Below are positions 17,992 through 26,319 of a stretch of 35,130 bases of DNA, in pieces; positions within the stretch are counted from its first letter, which is position 1; every line of letters starts with the position of its first letter. The notes below the pieces were generated by a model that saw only the letters and a list, made by a program, of their open reading frames with translations, made no database searches and had not been told where the DNA came from. This DNA is from Gammaproteobacteria bacterium (GTDB lineage: Bacteria > Pseudomonadota > Gammaproteobacteria > JABABF01), in contig JABABF010000088.1 of NCBI GenBank assembly GCA_014238345.1, positions 1 to 35,130 of the forward strand, in the 5' to 3' direction. The position numbers and the translations under genes are program-made.

Positions 17992-19989
17992 TCAGCACGG
18001 GGCTGCCACGGTGGCAGGGTTGGGATCTGTGGGGCATTTCGGGCCAATACACTGCATACAACTCAATGCCCCCACCGTCGATGCCTCGATCACAACTGTC
18101 GTTGTATTCACGGCAGCACCCGCGCTATTGTCACGCGCCATATTCAACAAATCTGTCTGCAAGCTAGCGCTAGCACTACTGTCGCTGATTGCAGGACTGA
18201 GCATGCGAAACGGGTTGTGCATGCTAATCTCAGTGGGCCAGACGAAATCGACCACCGCATGTTCCCAACCCGGCACGGGCCCCAAGGAAGCCGCATAGGG
18301 AGTGCTAGCATAACTATAGCCCTGCTCATCCCACGGCCAGTTGCGCGCACCATGGGCGAGGACAAAATCCACATCGCGCAATTCTAGCCGCTCCACATAA
18401 ACATGGTCATGTCGCAATGCAGTTTTGGGGCCCAGCGATACGACTGGGGAGTTGTACAGATCAAGCGCACTGCGTTGCCGAATTAATGATGATGGATCAG
18501 TGGTCGGCAGACCACCGATCACCAGGTTGTCGGGATCGTCTAGATCACGACTGCCCGCAAAAGCAAAGCCAGCCACCTGAGCAGATACCTGATGCGAACC
18601 ACGGTAGCTCAGACCAGCTGGCTGCCCCAGCTCGCGCTGCCCCGCTACGATCGAAGTGCTATATTGCCGCAAATAATCCCACAGTTCCACGGTTATCGTC
18701 CCAGAACTAGTGGCGGCGGCAAGGATCGTGTCGGTAGAAGCCAAACTCACATGAGTACCCGGACGTATGACCAACACATTGTTGTGCCAATCAAATGATC
18801 TGGGGCTGTACGGAGCCACGCCATAAGGAAAATAATTCGTGCCGTAAGCCGAACCAGATGTACCGTAGTGAGCAACGCAACAGGCTCCCGCTTGATCGGC
18901 CTCGCCAGGACGTGCTGCCAATACCGCCAAACCCGCCGATGGAAAATGTGGATCCTCGGCTAGGCGGGCGAATTGCACTGCAGTCTCAACGACTAATGCC
19001 TGCGTGCTATCAATGCCGTAAGGGGCGAGACGCAATGCCCCATAGTACGGGCTAAGGATGGACTCGGGGGGGAGAGCAACCCGTGCGCCGGGGGCATCAA
19101 GACGCACATTGCCGCCGAGCACTAATAGACCTGCTCGCAACGCAGACAAAATATCTAATTCAGTCGGATTTGATGGCGGCTGCAACAACTCCTCTTCAGA
19201 GAGCGTATACGCCTCGTTACGGCGCTGCACCTCAATGCCAACATTAGAAAGCGTTGTGCAATTGCCACTGGTCAGAGCATTGGCATTTTGCACGCGTGAA
19301 GATGGCACTAACGCAGCAATGTAATGCGCCATGCAGGCAAATGGACGGGGCAATTCCATATACAACCGCAAGCCTTGCTGACCAGCAAAGTCCGCCAGCT
19401 CTTCCGCCGTGTTGATCGCTACATCAAGATCCGCATAGGAGGTACTGGAACTCGCCACTCGCCACGCAGATGCCCCGGTGGTTGGCACGGGTTGCAATCT
19501 CAGGGCACCACCAAGTACAGATTCGAGCGCCAAAGCCCTCCTGGTTCCTCCCAGCAGCTGATCCGCACTATCGGTTACATCCCCACGAATAATATCCAAT
19601 TCAGTGCGCCACTCTGTCGGCGGTATATATCCCTCCCGCAAGAGGCGCCGCACACCAGAGATATCAGCTAAGTCCATGTTGCCGTCGCCATTGCAATCGT
19701 CGTCGAGTTCTTCAATACCAGCAACCGTCGGTGTCACTAAGAACTCTTCGACACAGAAGTCTACTGGCCACACCTGATTATGAGTACGGTAGAGCAACGC
19801 CGCATCAACAATTTCGCGCAGCTCAGCGGCTGCACGGTCAGCCAAAGAGAATAGGTGAGCCTCGCGGCGGTGCTGTAGTTGTAGCGAGAAAAAGAGTAGT
19901 AGCACTGATAGCACCAGGGATAGCTCGAGCAATGTCACGCCGCGCACCGCCCACCGCTGGCGGATGCCTGTGCCTAGGGAGTCGGGCAT
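17992..19989 (-). CDS. Giant pilin-like protein 3 (class III signal peptide, 665 aa)
   Basis: GGGAG lies 6 nt upstream of ATG 19989. The leader is MPDSLGTGIRQRWAVRG|VTLLELSLVLSVLLLFF (Glu at +5). It shares the N-terminal module with the two upstream paralogs (AALLYRTHNQVWPVDFC...DCNGDGNMDLAD...LLREGYIP). The C-terminus is Cys-rich (LSCMQCIGPKCPTDPNPATVAAPC). The start overlaps the upstream gene by 16 nt. Confidence 0.8.
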   Translation of the reverse strand: MPDSLGTGIRQRWAVRGVTLLELSLVLSVLLLFFSLQLQHRREAHLFSLADRAAAELREIVDAALLYRTHNQVWPVDFCVEEFLVTPTVAGIEELDDDCNGDGNMDLADISGVRRLLREGYIPPTEWRTELDIIRGDVTDSADQLLGGTRRALALESVLGGALRLQPVPTTGASAWRVASSSTSYADLDVAINTAEELADFAGQQGLRLYMELPRPFACMAHYIAALVPSSRVQNANALTSGNCTTLSNVGIEVQRRNEAYTLSEEELLQPPSNPTELDILSALRAGLLVLGGNVRLDAPGARVALPPESILSPYYGALRLAPYGIDSTQALVVETAVQFARLAEDPHFPSAGLAVLAARPGEADQAGACCVAHYGTSGSAYGTNYFPYGVAPYSPRSFDWHNNVLVIRPGTHVSLASTDTILAAATSSGTITVELWDYLRQYSTSIVAGQRELGQPAGLSYRGSHQVSAQVAGFAFAGSRDLDDPDNLVIGGLPTTDPSSLIRQRSALDLYNSPVVSLGPKTALRHDHVYVERLELRDVDFVLAHGARNWPWDEQGYSYASTPYAASLGPVPGWEHAVVDFVWPTEISMHNPFRMLSPAISDSSASASLQTDLLNMARDNSAGAAVNTTTVVIEASTVGALSCMQCIGPKCPTDPNPATVAAPC

Positions 19990-22070
19990 CGCGGGCTCCC
20001 AGCAACACAGTTCAAGCTCTCCACTTGCTCTATGCCTCCATCAAGTGATGTGATAGCAGTCTGTCCAAATAGCCCATCGCGGCCATTGACAGTGAAATCC
20101 AAAGTGCTAATCTGCATGCCTGCCAAATTCATCGAGGCCTCATGCAACTCGAGATCCAGGCCGATGAGCCTTGGCACATAGGACAATCTCAGATTGTTGG
20201 TATGGAATTGTAGCTCGACCGCAGTAGACGGACTCAGAACAAAACCGCTGGGATAACCGCTGGGCACTATCCCACCAGGTGCGCCAGCACCCACCAATGG
20301 CACCCGCATAAAATCCCCTCGTTGTGCGGGCGATTGCAGTACCCCAGCAGAGCTGAGTGTCCCAGCGGGCGGATCGTAGTGCAGACCCTCGACCACAGTC
20401 AATTCATTCAACAAAATGCCATCCCCGGGATAACGATAGGCATCAGAGTCGGGCAAACCTGCGTCATCCTCGGAATCCATCACAAAGTACAAGGAGGCAG
20501 AAGAACTGAAACTGCCATAGAAATTGTGGCCGGGCATAATCGACATCCGCCCGCCATAAATGCGGATGGCTCCCACTTCATAATTGCGCACATTGTAGAG
20601 ACGCAAGCCCAATGAGTCCGACTGCTCCAGTGATGCGGCAGGGGACAGTGCTGCAATCGGGGTGCCGAGCTCGCTGACATGGGCGCGCCAACCAGCATGG
20701 CGGCTGGCACGCGCCGCATCGCCGACCGACAAAGTAATCGCTCGGTCGATAAAGGCTACATCACTTAGGGAGCTATCATCGTAGGCATAGGACAGCAAGT
20801 CGGCGCTGAGCAGGCCTATATGCGTACCGTCAAGGCGCTCAAAAGCCAACGAAGACAAATGCCGATGATCGCGTGTTGTCTGAGTAAAAGTGGATCGACT
20901 AGCATCGGCACCCCCGGGCACATAACCGGACATTATTGCCAAATGTCCTTCATCGACTCCGCGCAAGGTGACAATACCGCCGAGCGGTGCCGTGGGATGG
21001 GTAGTAGCCTTGGCAAATTGAATCATCGCATCGGTCGAGGCGACATCCTCAAGGGTAGCAACGGCAGCGCGCAAGCGCAATTCACCGGTATTCATCGCAT
21101 CAAGTAACATCGGGATACCAGCTCCCCCAGCACTCGTCAACCGCAGCTGCGGCGTGAATATCGTCTCGTAGCTCAGTTCCTCAACATCAGGCAAGGAAGT
21201 AGGTGGCTCCCAGCGCCGCAAATACACCTCGACTGCTAACTCGCGTGTTGCCAGACGGCAGCTCCCCAGATCCTCGGGGGGCACCGGGTGATAGACATCA
21301 GCAGCGTCCGGAACCCCCGTCACTAGCAACGGGGGATCTGGCTCATACTGGACACCAAACAGTGACTGCACCAACGTTGCGTTGGGAACCCGCTGAGAGA
21401 TATCGCGGGCAAAGCAACCATAAGGACCTTCGTCTCCTCGAGGCAAGATGTAGCGTATCCGGAGCCCAGGAGCATCCCCAGGATGATACGTCCCCGTCGA
21501 AGTAATGGTCAGCAACCGGCTATCCCCGGGTTCATAAATCTCCCAATAAGCTGTGGTGTGGTAGCGCCCATGCTCCGCGGGAAAAAGTGGAGCCTGAGGA
21601 GAGAGAAGCGTACTGAGCGCGGTTCTCTGTGCAGGAGCGATACGATGCACTGGCGACATGATAACCTGCGTATCAAAGAGTGTCTTGCCCCGAGCGAATT
21701 GCCCGATCCCCAAGGCACTGAGACCTTTATCTTTGAGATAACCTGAGGCAACTAGCTCCCTGAGGCCGTTAATATCCCTGAAGTCGCGCACAAGATCAGC
21801 ATTGCAGTCCGACCGCTCTCCCTCTATATAAGCGTTGTAAATACAATCATCGAGCGGCCAAACACCTTCGTGTATCTGGTAAGCCATGGCGGCATCAACC
21901 ATGCTCTGTATTTCGGTCGCCACTTGAGCAACGATCTGTTCATGAATTCTGCGCTGATCGTAGTCTAGATAAAGCGCTGAGAGGATGACAATCAACGAAA
22001 TTACGATTGACAACTCAATCAACGTCGCACCACGGCAACGCAATTGCCGCAAGTAACTACGGGCACACAT
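19974..22070 (-). CDS. Giant pilin-like protein 2 (class III signal peptide, 698 aa)
   Basis: The leader is MCARSYLRQLRCRG|ATLIELSIVISLIVIL. The shared module is AAMAYQIHEGVWPLDDC...DCNADLVRDFRD...LVASGYL. The C-terminus is LNCVAGSPRCPTP. The start overlaps the upstream gene by 14 nt. Confidence 0.8.
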   Translation of the reverse strand: MCARSYLRQLRCRGATLIELSIVISLIVILSALYLDYDQRRIHEQIVAQVATEIQSMVDAAMAYQIHEGVWPLDDCIYNAYIEGERSDCNADLVRDFRDINGLRELVASGYLKDKGLSALGIGQFARGKTLFDTQVIMSPVHRIAPAQRTALSTLLSPQAPLFPAEHGRYHTTAYWEIYEPGDSRLLTITSTGTYHPGDAPGLRIRYILPRGDEGPYGCFARDISQRVPNATLVQSLFGVQYEPDPPLLVTGVPDAADVYHPVPPEDLGSCRLATRELAVEVYLRRWEPPTSLPDVEELSYETIFTPQLRLTSAGGAGIPMLLDAMNTGELRLRAAVATLEDVASTDAMIQFAKATTHPTAPLGGIVTLRGVDEGHLAIMSGYVPGGADASRSTFTQTTRDHRHLSSLAFERLDGTHIGLLSADLLSYAYDDSSLSDVAFIDRAITLSVGDAARASRHAGWRAHVSELGTPIAALSPAASLEQSDSLGLRLYNVRNYEVGAIRIYGGRMSIMPGHNFYGSFSSSASLYFVMDSEDDAGLPDSDAYRYPGDGILLNELTVVEGLHYDPPAGTLSSAGVLQSPAQRGDFMRVPLVGAGAPGGIVPSGYPSGFVLSPSTAVELQFHTNNLRLSYVPRLIGLDLELHEASMNLAGMQISTLDFTVNGRDGLFGQTAITSLDGGIEQVESLNCVAGSPRCPTP

Positions 22071-24381
22071 AGCGAGGACTATCTCCGGGAGCCGGACAAC
22101 TCACCCCTTCCGATGAGGCAGTACAGGCCCAACAAGCCAAGTGGGAGATGCTCTGTGCAGTCAACATGCCAATTTGTAGGCCACGCACAATGTCTGTGCC
22201 CGAGCTGGCAACAGGATAGTTGCTCTCACCATACCACAACCCGAGCGGCATGTTGAACTCCAACGCAGCGGCTCCCAGCAATCGCAACGGTGTGCGACCG
22301 CCAGCCGTATTACCACCGAAGTCGATCACATCTAAGCTGGTGGTGCTGGTCGTAATTTTCCCCAAAACCACTGGCCAAGCACTGCGGTTCGTAGCCTCGG
22401 TCTCCTCTATGGTCACTTGGCGCTGGACACCACTGCTATGAGCATAGCTGTAAATATCCGTATCAACCGCAAGCCCTAGGTGCACCCGGGCAGCCCGTGG
22501 CGCACGAGCATCGCTGAAGTTGAAGTAGCTGTCGTAATCACCCACCGACAGCCCCGCAGCGCTGAATAAAGCACGTTGATGCAGACCAGGCTCACGCACC
22601 ACATCACTGGAATTACTCAGGCTCTCATCAGACCACAGCTCTAGGCTACCATCAACACCATCGCCAATCTCTACAAAACCGCCATCGTCGCTGAAGTACA
22701 CACTGAGCTTCGGCAATACCATTGCTGCATCCTCAGTCTGCGAGGCAATGGTGAACATCGCCCCAGCATCGGCTGGATTACCACAGGATGTAGACCCCGA
22801 TATCGACAACAACGCTGGTAGTGTGCAGAAATCCAGTAACTCTTGGATGCTGAGCGCAGCCGCTCCCGCCGGATACACCAGCGGGTTCTCATCCAAGAAC
22901 AGCTGATCGTGGAGTAAGCCCCTCAGCGACCCCAATAGACGCGGCGCACCGCTACTGTAGTAGCGAACCGACAGCCCTAGGGCAACGCGCGCATCTCCCT
23001 CCCTGGCATCGCGTATACGATCGGATGCCCCCGCTGGAACTGTTGCGGGATCCGGGAAAATAGCTGGACTCCCGCTAGGGTGATCGTAAATACCGCCGAG
23101 CAATAGAGCGGTGCGAGTCGCCTCGGTGCGCAAATCCCCTGCGCTACTGGCAGCAGCTGCGGCATCAATGACCAGCGACTGGGTGCTGTAGTCGCCTGGA
23201 TAAGCAAAATATGACTGCAGATTGCCCGTGCTAGTGTGGATCAATCCACCCGTAACAGGGTCTATAGTCACGGCGCGCAACGCGGGGCGGTCGTCCAAGC
23301 TGCTCTGACGCAACAGCGTGATGCCATCGTCGAAATAGCCCGCCGTCAGTCTTTCAACAATTTGCAGGCGGTCGGGTAAAGCCCGTAATTCAACACGGTT
23401 GCCGTAATCAGAATTGCTGCCAACAGTCTCCAGTGCAGCGACACCGAAGATCAGCGCGGGAGCAGGGCTGATATTGGCGGTTACTGAAGTTGACACTGCG
23501 GCACCGTCAACCGATATAGGGATAGCACTCCCAACTGAGAGAGAACTCGTAACGATCGGCACGGCACCATCAGTCGCTGTGCCAAGACGCTGGCCTTCCA
23601 CATTGATACGCACTGAGCCACCAGCCGCATCTAGATAGGGGCGCACCCGGAGCAACCCCGGTTGCGGGGCATCCAACACCACCCGCCGGTCAATAACGAG
23701 CCGGTCAGTAAACACGGTCGCTATATCCCTATCTACATCGGTAGGAAAAAGTTGTGCCAGCAGGATATCGTTATAACCACCAAACCGGACTATGCTGACC
23801 AGCCGCGTCTCCCCAGCTTGCTCCACAACCTGCGCTCCGGGTATGAGACGGGCGATGTAGCCAGCATAGCGGGAAATCGATGCCTGCACGATGGTCTCCA
23901 TACGCAGGCTATCCGATGTCAACACGGCGGCGAGACCACTCCGGGTAGATACCGCTGCACTGGCCACCGTCCATGGTTGTAGGGCGACCCACTCGCCACC
24001 GCGCGCTTGGTTTTCTATGTAGCGCGGCAAAGCAGGCAAGCGACCCGCTTCCACCAGAGCCGTCATACCGCTATAGTCCAAGTCATCGCTACGGCCATCG
24101 CCATTGCAGTCACGGCTACTGACTGCATGCAGGCGAGAGCAGCTATTCAGGGGCCACTCACCCATATGGTAACGATGCACCAGTGCCGCATTGAGTATTT
24201 GGCGCAGTTCCAAGCCATGTGCGATGGCATAATTGCGCGATTGGTCGCGCACTTTCTCCAAAGTTCCAATGGCCAGTGCGATTGCTAAAAACACTAATAA
24301 CACCGAGAGATCAATCAAGGTGATGCCGCGACAACGGCGCAACGGCGCGATATGCTGATGGGAGTTGAAAATAAAATTCAT
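22057..24381 (-). CDS. Giant pilin-like protein 1 (class III signal peptide; 774 aa from ATG 24381, 797 aa if GTG 24450 is used)
   Basis: The leader is MNFIFNSHQHIAPLRRCRG|ITLIDLSVLLVFLAIALAI (Asp at +5). The shared module is AALVHRYHMGEWPLNSC...DCNGDGRSDDLD...LVEAGRLP. The C-terminus is LACWACTASSEGVSCPAPGDSPRYVCP. ATG 24381 is preferred because a perfect TATAAT (24441-24436) lies inside the longer ORF extension. Confidence 0.8.
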   Translation of the reverse strand: MNFIFNSHQHIAPLRRCRGITLIDLSVLLVFLAIALAIGTLEKVRDQSRNYAIAHGLELRQILNAALVHRYHMGEWPLNSCSRLHAVSSRDCNGDGRSDDLDYSGMTALVEAGRLPALPRYIENQARGGEWVALQPWTVASAAVSTRSGLAAVLTSDSLRMETIVQASISRYAGYIARLIPGAQVVEQAGETRLVSIVRFGGYNDILLAQLFPTDVDRDIATVFTDRLVIDRRVVLDAPQPGLLRVRPYLDAAGGSVRINVEGQRLGTATDGAVPIVTSSLSVGSAIPISVDGAAVSTSVTANISPAPALIFGVAALETVGSNSDYGNRVELRALPDRLQIVERLTAGYFDDGITLLRQSSLDDRPALRAVTIDPVTGGLIHTSTGNLQSYFAYPGDYSTQSLVIDAAAAASSAGDLRTEATRTALLLGGIYDHPSGSPAIFPDPATVPAGASDRIRDAREGDARVALGLSVRYYSSGAPRLLGSLRGLLHDQLFLDENPLVYPAGAAALSIQELLDFCTLPALLSISGSTSCGNPADAGAMFTIASQTEDAAMVLPKLSVYFSDDGGFVEIGDGVDGSLELWSDESLSNSSDVVREPGLHQRALFSAAGLSVGDYDSYFNFSDARAPRAARVHLGLAVDTDIYSYAHSSGVQRQVTIEETEATNRSAWPVVLGKITTSTTSLDVIDFGGNTAGGRTPLRLLGAAALEFNMPLGLWYGESNYPVASSGTDIVRGLQIGMLTAQSISHLACWACTASSEGVSCPAPGDSPRYVCP

Positions 24382-24435
24382 GCGCTCAGAACAGCTCCGC
24401 ACAACAGCCAAACCTGAAGTTGTGTCTACAATGCG

Positions 24436-24507
24436 ATTATAACAGACCACATCCCTGTAAGCAGGCGTTTCATGGCACTAGTTTCATGGCACTTTTCACA
24501 GCACTAG
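24436..24507 (-). promoter_or_regulatory. Candidate activator-dependent internal promoter: perfect -10 TATAAT without a good -35, preceded by about three 14-bp direct repeats
   Basis: The minus-strand TATAAT is the reverse complement of 24436-24441. The plus-strand repeats are gtttcatggcacta (24467-24480), gtttcatggcactt (24481-24494) and ttcacagcactag (24495-24507, degenerate). They would span roughly -38 to -78 from a start site near 24429. Confidence 0.35.
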
Positions 24508-24530
24508 TAGGGCAAAAGGAATATCCCTAT

Positions 24531-25289
24531 TTAGGGCATCGAACCAACAGCCGCACAGGGGTCTAATGCTGCGCTACTCGCAAATGCTCCCAATCCCCCC
24601 AATGCAACGGCCTGCACCGCAGCTTCATAACCTTGCACCGAGCTATCACTGGCAATGGCGTTGGTAATTGGTGTACGGAGCGTCACGGTGGCGCGATTTA
24701 TACTTCTATCCTCTTGTAACGCCACCCGGTGTCTCCCTAGGTAAGGGAGAATCCGTCTACTAGCCTGGAACTCTGTCATATTTTCTAGCATCGGGAGTTG
24801 TACTAGTATATGGGTCAGTTGACGCTCCGCAGGACGTGTACCCACCTCCCCCGTAATCGCCAGCACTGAAGCCTCTAAACTCGGGGGGTATCGCTCATAG
24901 TAGACATCGTAGAAAGTACTGGTCAACGCATTTGCTCCGGCCTGCACATCGGTCAACGACAACGACAAGCTGGCGTGAGAGTTTAGCTGGCCATTGCTGT
25001 TGACCACCACCAAACGCCTGTCATCTGCACCTGACTCGAAAAGCTCCGTCAATCCCTGCTCAATCGCCCGACAATTCTGCCAATAGAATCGTTCTGCCCT
25101 AAGCGCTATATCCTCCATGATCACTAGACTTAGCTGACCCTGAGCATCCTTGCGGGAATCCTCACGCAGAAAAACCGCCGCAGAAGCGATGACCACGATC
25201 ACGGCCAGTGAGATAGATAGCTCAATCAGCGTAGTGGCGCGCTGGCGGCGATACCGCAAATCATAAATAGGGCGCGATTGCTGCGTCAT
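24531..25289 (-). CDS. Minor pilin-like protein (252 aa) with Ala at the -1 position
   Basis: The leader is MTQQSRPIYDLRYRRQRA|TTLIELSISLAVIVVIASAAVFL. It has Glu at +5 and the hydrophobic alpha1-N helix typical of type IV pilins. Confidence 0.75.
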   Translation of the reverse strand: MTQQSRPIYDLRYRRQRATTLIELSISLAVIVVIASAAVFLREDSRKDAQGQLSLVIMEDIALRAERFYWQNCRAIEQGLTELFESGADDRRLVVVNSNGQLNSHASLSLSLTDVQAGANALTSTFYDVYYERYPPSLEASVLAITGEVGTRPAERQLTHILVQLPMLENMTEFQASRRILPYLGRHRVALQEDRSINRATVTLRTPITNAIASDSSVQGYEAAVQAVALGGLGAFASSAALDPCAAVGSMP

Positions 25290-25467
25290 GGGATATCAAG
25301 CCAGCGATCGCCCAGTGGCTTGACAAGCCCGTTGCCCGTAACCACTTACACATTACCTGTGCAGCTACACGAGCGCGATGTCGATGCCATCACTAGCATG
25401 CAAAATAGCGATGAGTCATTATAGCCGATGCACACCGCTGTGCACCAAGCACCACCACACCAACAAT

Positions 25468-26274
25468 TCAAGCCACCAACAAGGCGGCGGCGATGCTAGC
25501 GAGCACCAACGGCACCGCCAAGCCCCCCCCCCGTAGCGGCCATCTGTCAGCTAACAACAACATGACCACTAGGCAAACCAGCCCGACCCAGCCGCCCCAA
25601 GCCCCTGCGGCAGCGGCCAGCGCCAGCAATTCCAGCTCTGGCCAGACACGATGCCGCCACCGCAGCCACAGCGCAACCAAGGCCACCGCGCCACCCGCCG
25701 CCCACAGCGCCACAGCGGCTGTAACAGGGTCGGACACGGCCGATAACAGGCCGAGCCACAGCGGCCACCAAGCAATGGCAGTCGGCAACCAGTCATGCTC
25801 CAACACCAAACACAGTGCAGCGAGCCAGCAACCAAGTGCCACCCACAGCATCAGTAGCACCACCAGCTCGCCGCCCACGCGCCAAGCGGCGAGAGAGAAT
25901 AGCACCACCGCCATCAATTCCAGCCATAGATAACGGGCGGGGATGCGTGCGCCACAGCCAGCACAACAGCCGCGCAACCAAAGATAACTCAGTAACGGGA
26001 TGTTGTGCCAAGCGGGAATCGGGCATTGGCAAGCTGGGCAATGCGAGCGCGGCACGGCTAGATTGTAGGGAGCAGAGCCACCAGGCAACTGCTCGGGAGC
26101 CACACCGCCTAACAGTGCCACACGACGCTCGGCCATCAATGGCAAGCGGTGCACCATCATATTGAGGAAACTCCCCGTGCTGGCACCTACCAGTATTGAC
26201 AGCATCGGGCCAAGCCATGGCACCGCCTCCAGCACAAGACGCAATTCGCCCAACCATCCCCACTCAATCATCAC
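25468..26274 (-). CDS. Prepilin peptidase (A24 family) homolog with an intact N-terminal CxxC...CxxC domain but no recognisable GxGD catalytic motif
   Basis: The 268-aa ORF has GSFLNMMVHRLP, then CPACQCPIPAWHNIPLLSYLWLRGCCAGCGARIPARY (collinear with P. aeruginosa PilD CPRCGHEIRPWENIPLVSYL..CSSC). It also has WLPT...PLWLGLL and LLALAAAAGAWGGW (PilD: GDFKLLAMLGAWGGW). No GD dipeptide occurs anywhere in the ORF. Confidence 0.75.
   Translation of the reverse strand: MMIEWGWLGELRLVLEAVPWLGPMLSILVGASTGSFLNMMVHRLPLMAERRVALLGGVAPEQLPGGSAPYNLAVPRSHCPACQCPIPAWHNIPLLSYLWLRGCCAGCGARIPARYLWLELMAVVLFSLAAWRVGGELVVLLMLWVALGCWLAALCLVLEHDWLPTAIAWWPLWLGLLSAVSDPVTAAVALWAAGGAVALVALWLRWRHRVWPELELLALAAAAGAWGGWVGLVCLVVMLLLADRWPLRGGGLAVPLVLASIAAALLVA
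25523..25532. repeat. C10 homopolymer (G10 on the coding strand) near the 3' end of the peptidase-like gene
   Basis: Direct read: aag-cccccccccc-gtagc. It encodes ...LRGGGLA..., about 22 codons before the stop. Confidence 0.95.
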
Positions 26275-26319
26275 TTCTAAAAGCGCCTAAGCTGGGAACA
26301 GAAAATGCCGGATAAAGGT

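Noticed and set aside
17992-24450. Shufflon-type DNA inversion system at the 3' ends of the PilV-like giant pilin genes.
   Set aside because: No Rci-type recombinase gene is in the window. I saw no repeated 19-bp sfx-like inverted repeats or inverted C-terminal exon cassettes, and all three genes are complete and co-directional. By-eye repeat detection over 6.5 kb is weak, so a computational inverted-repeat scan is still advisable.
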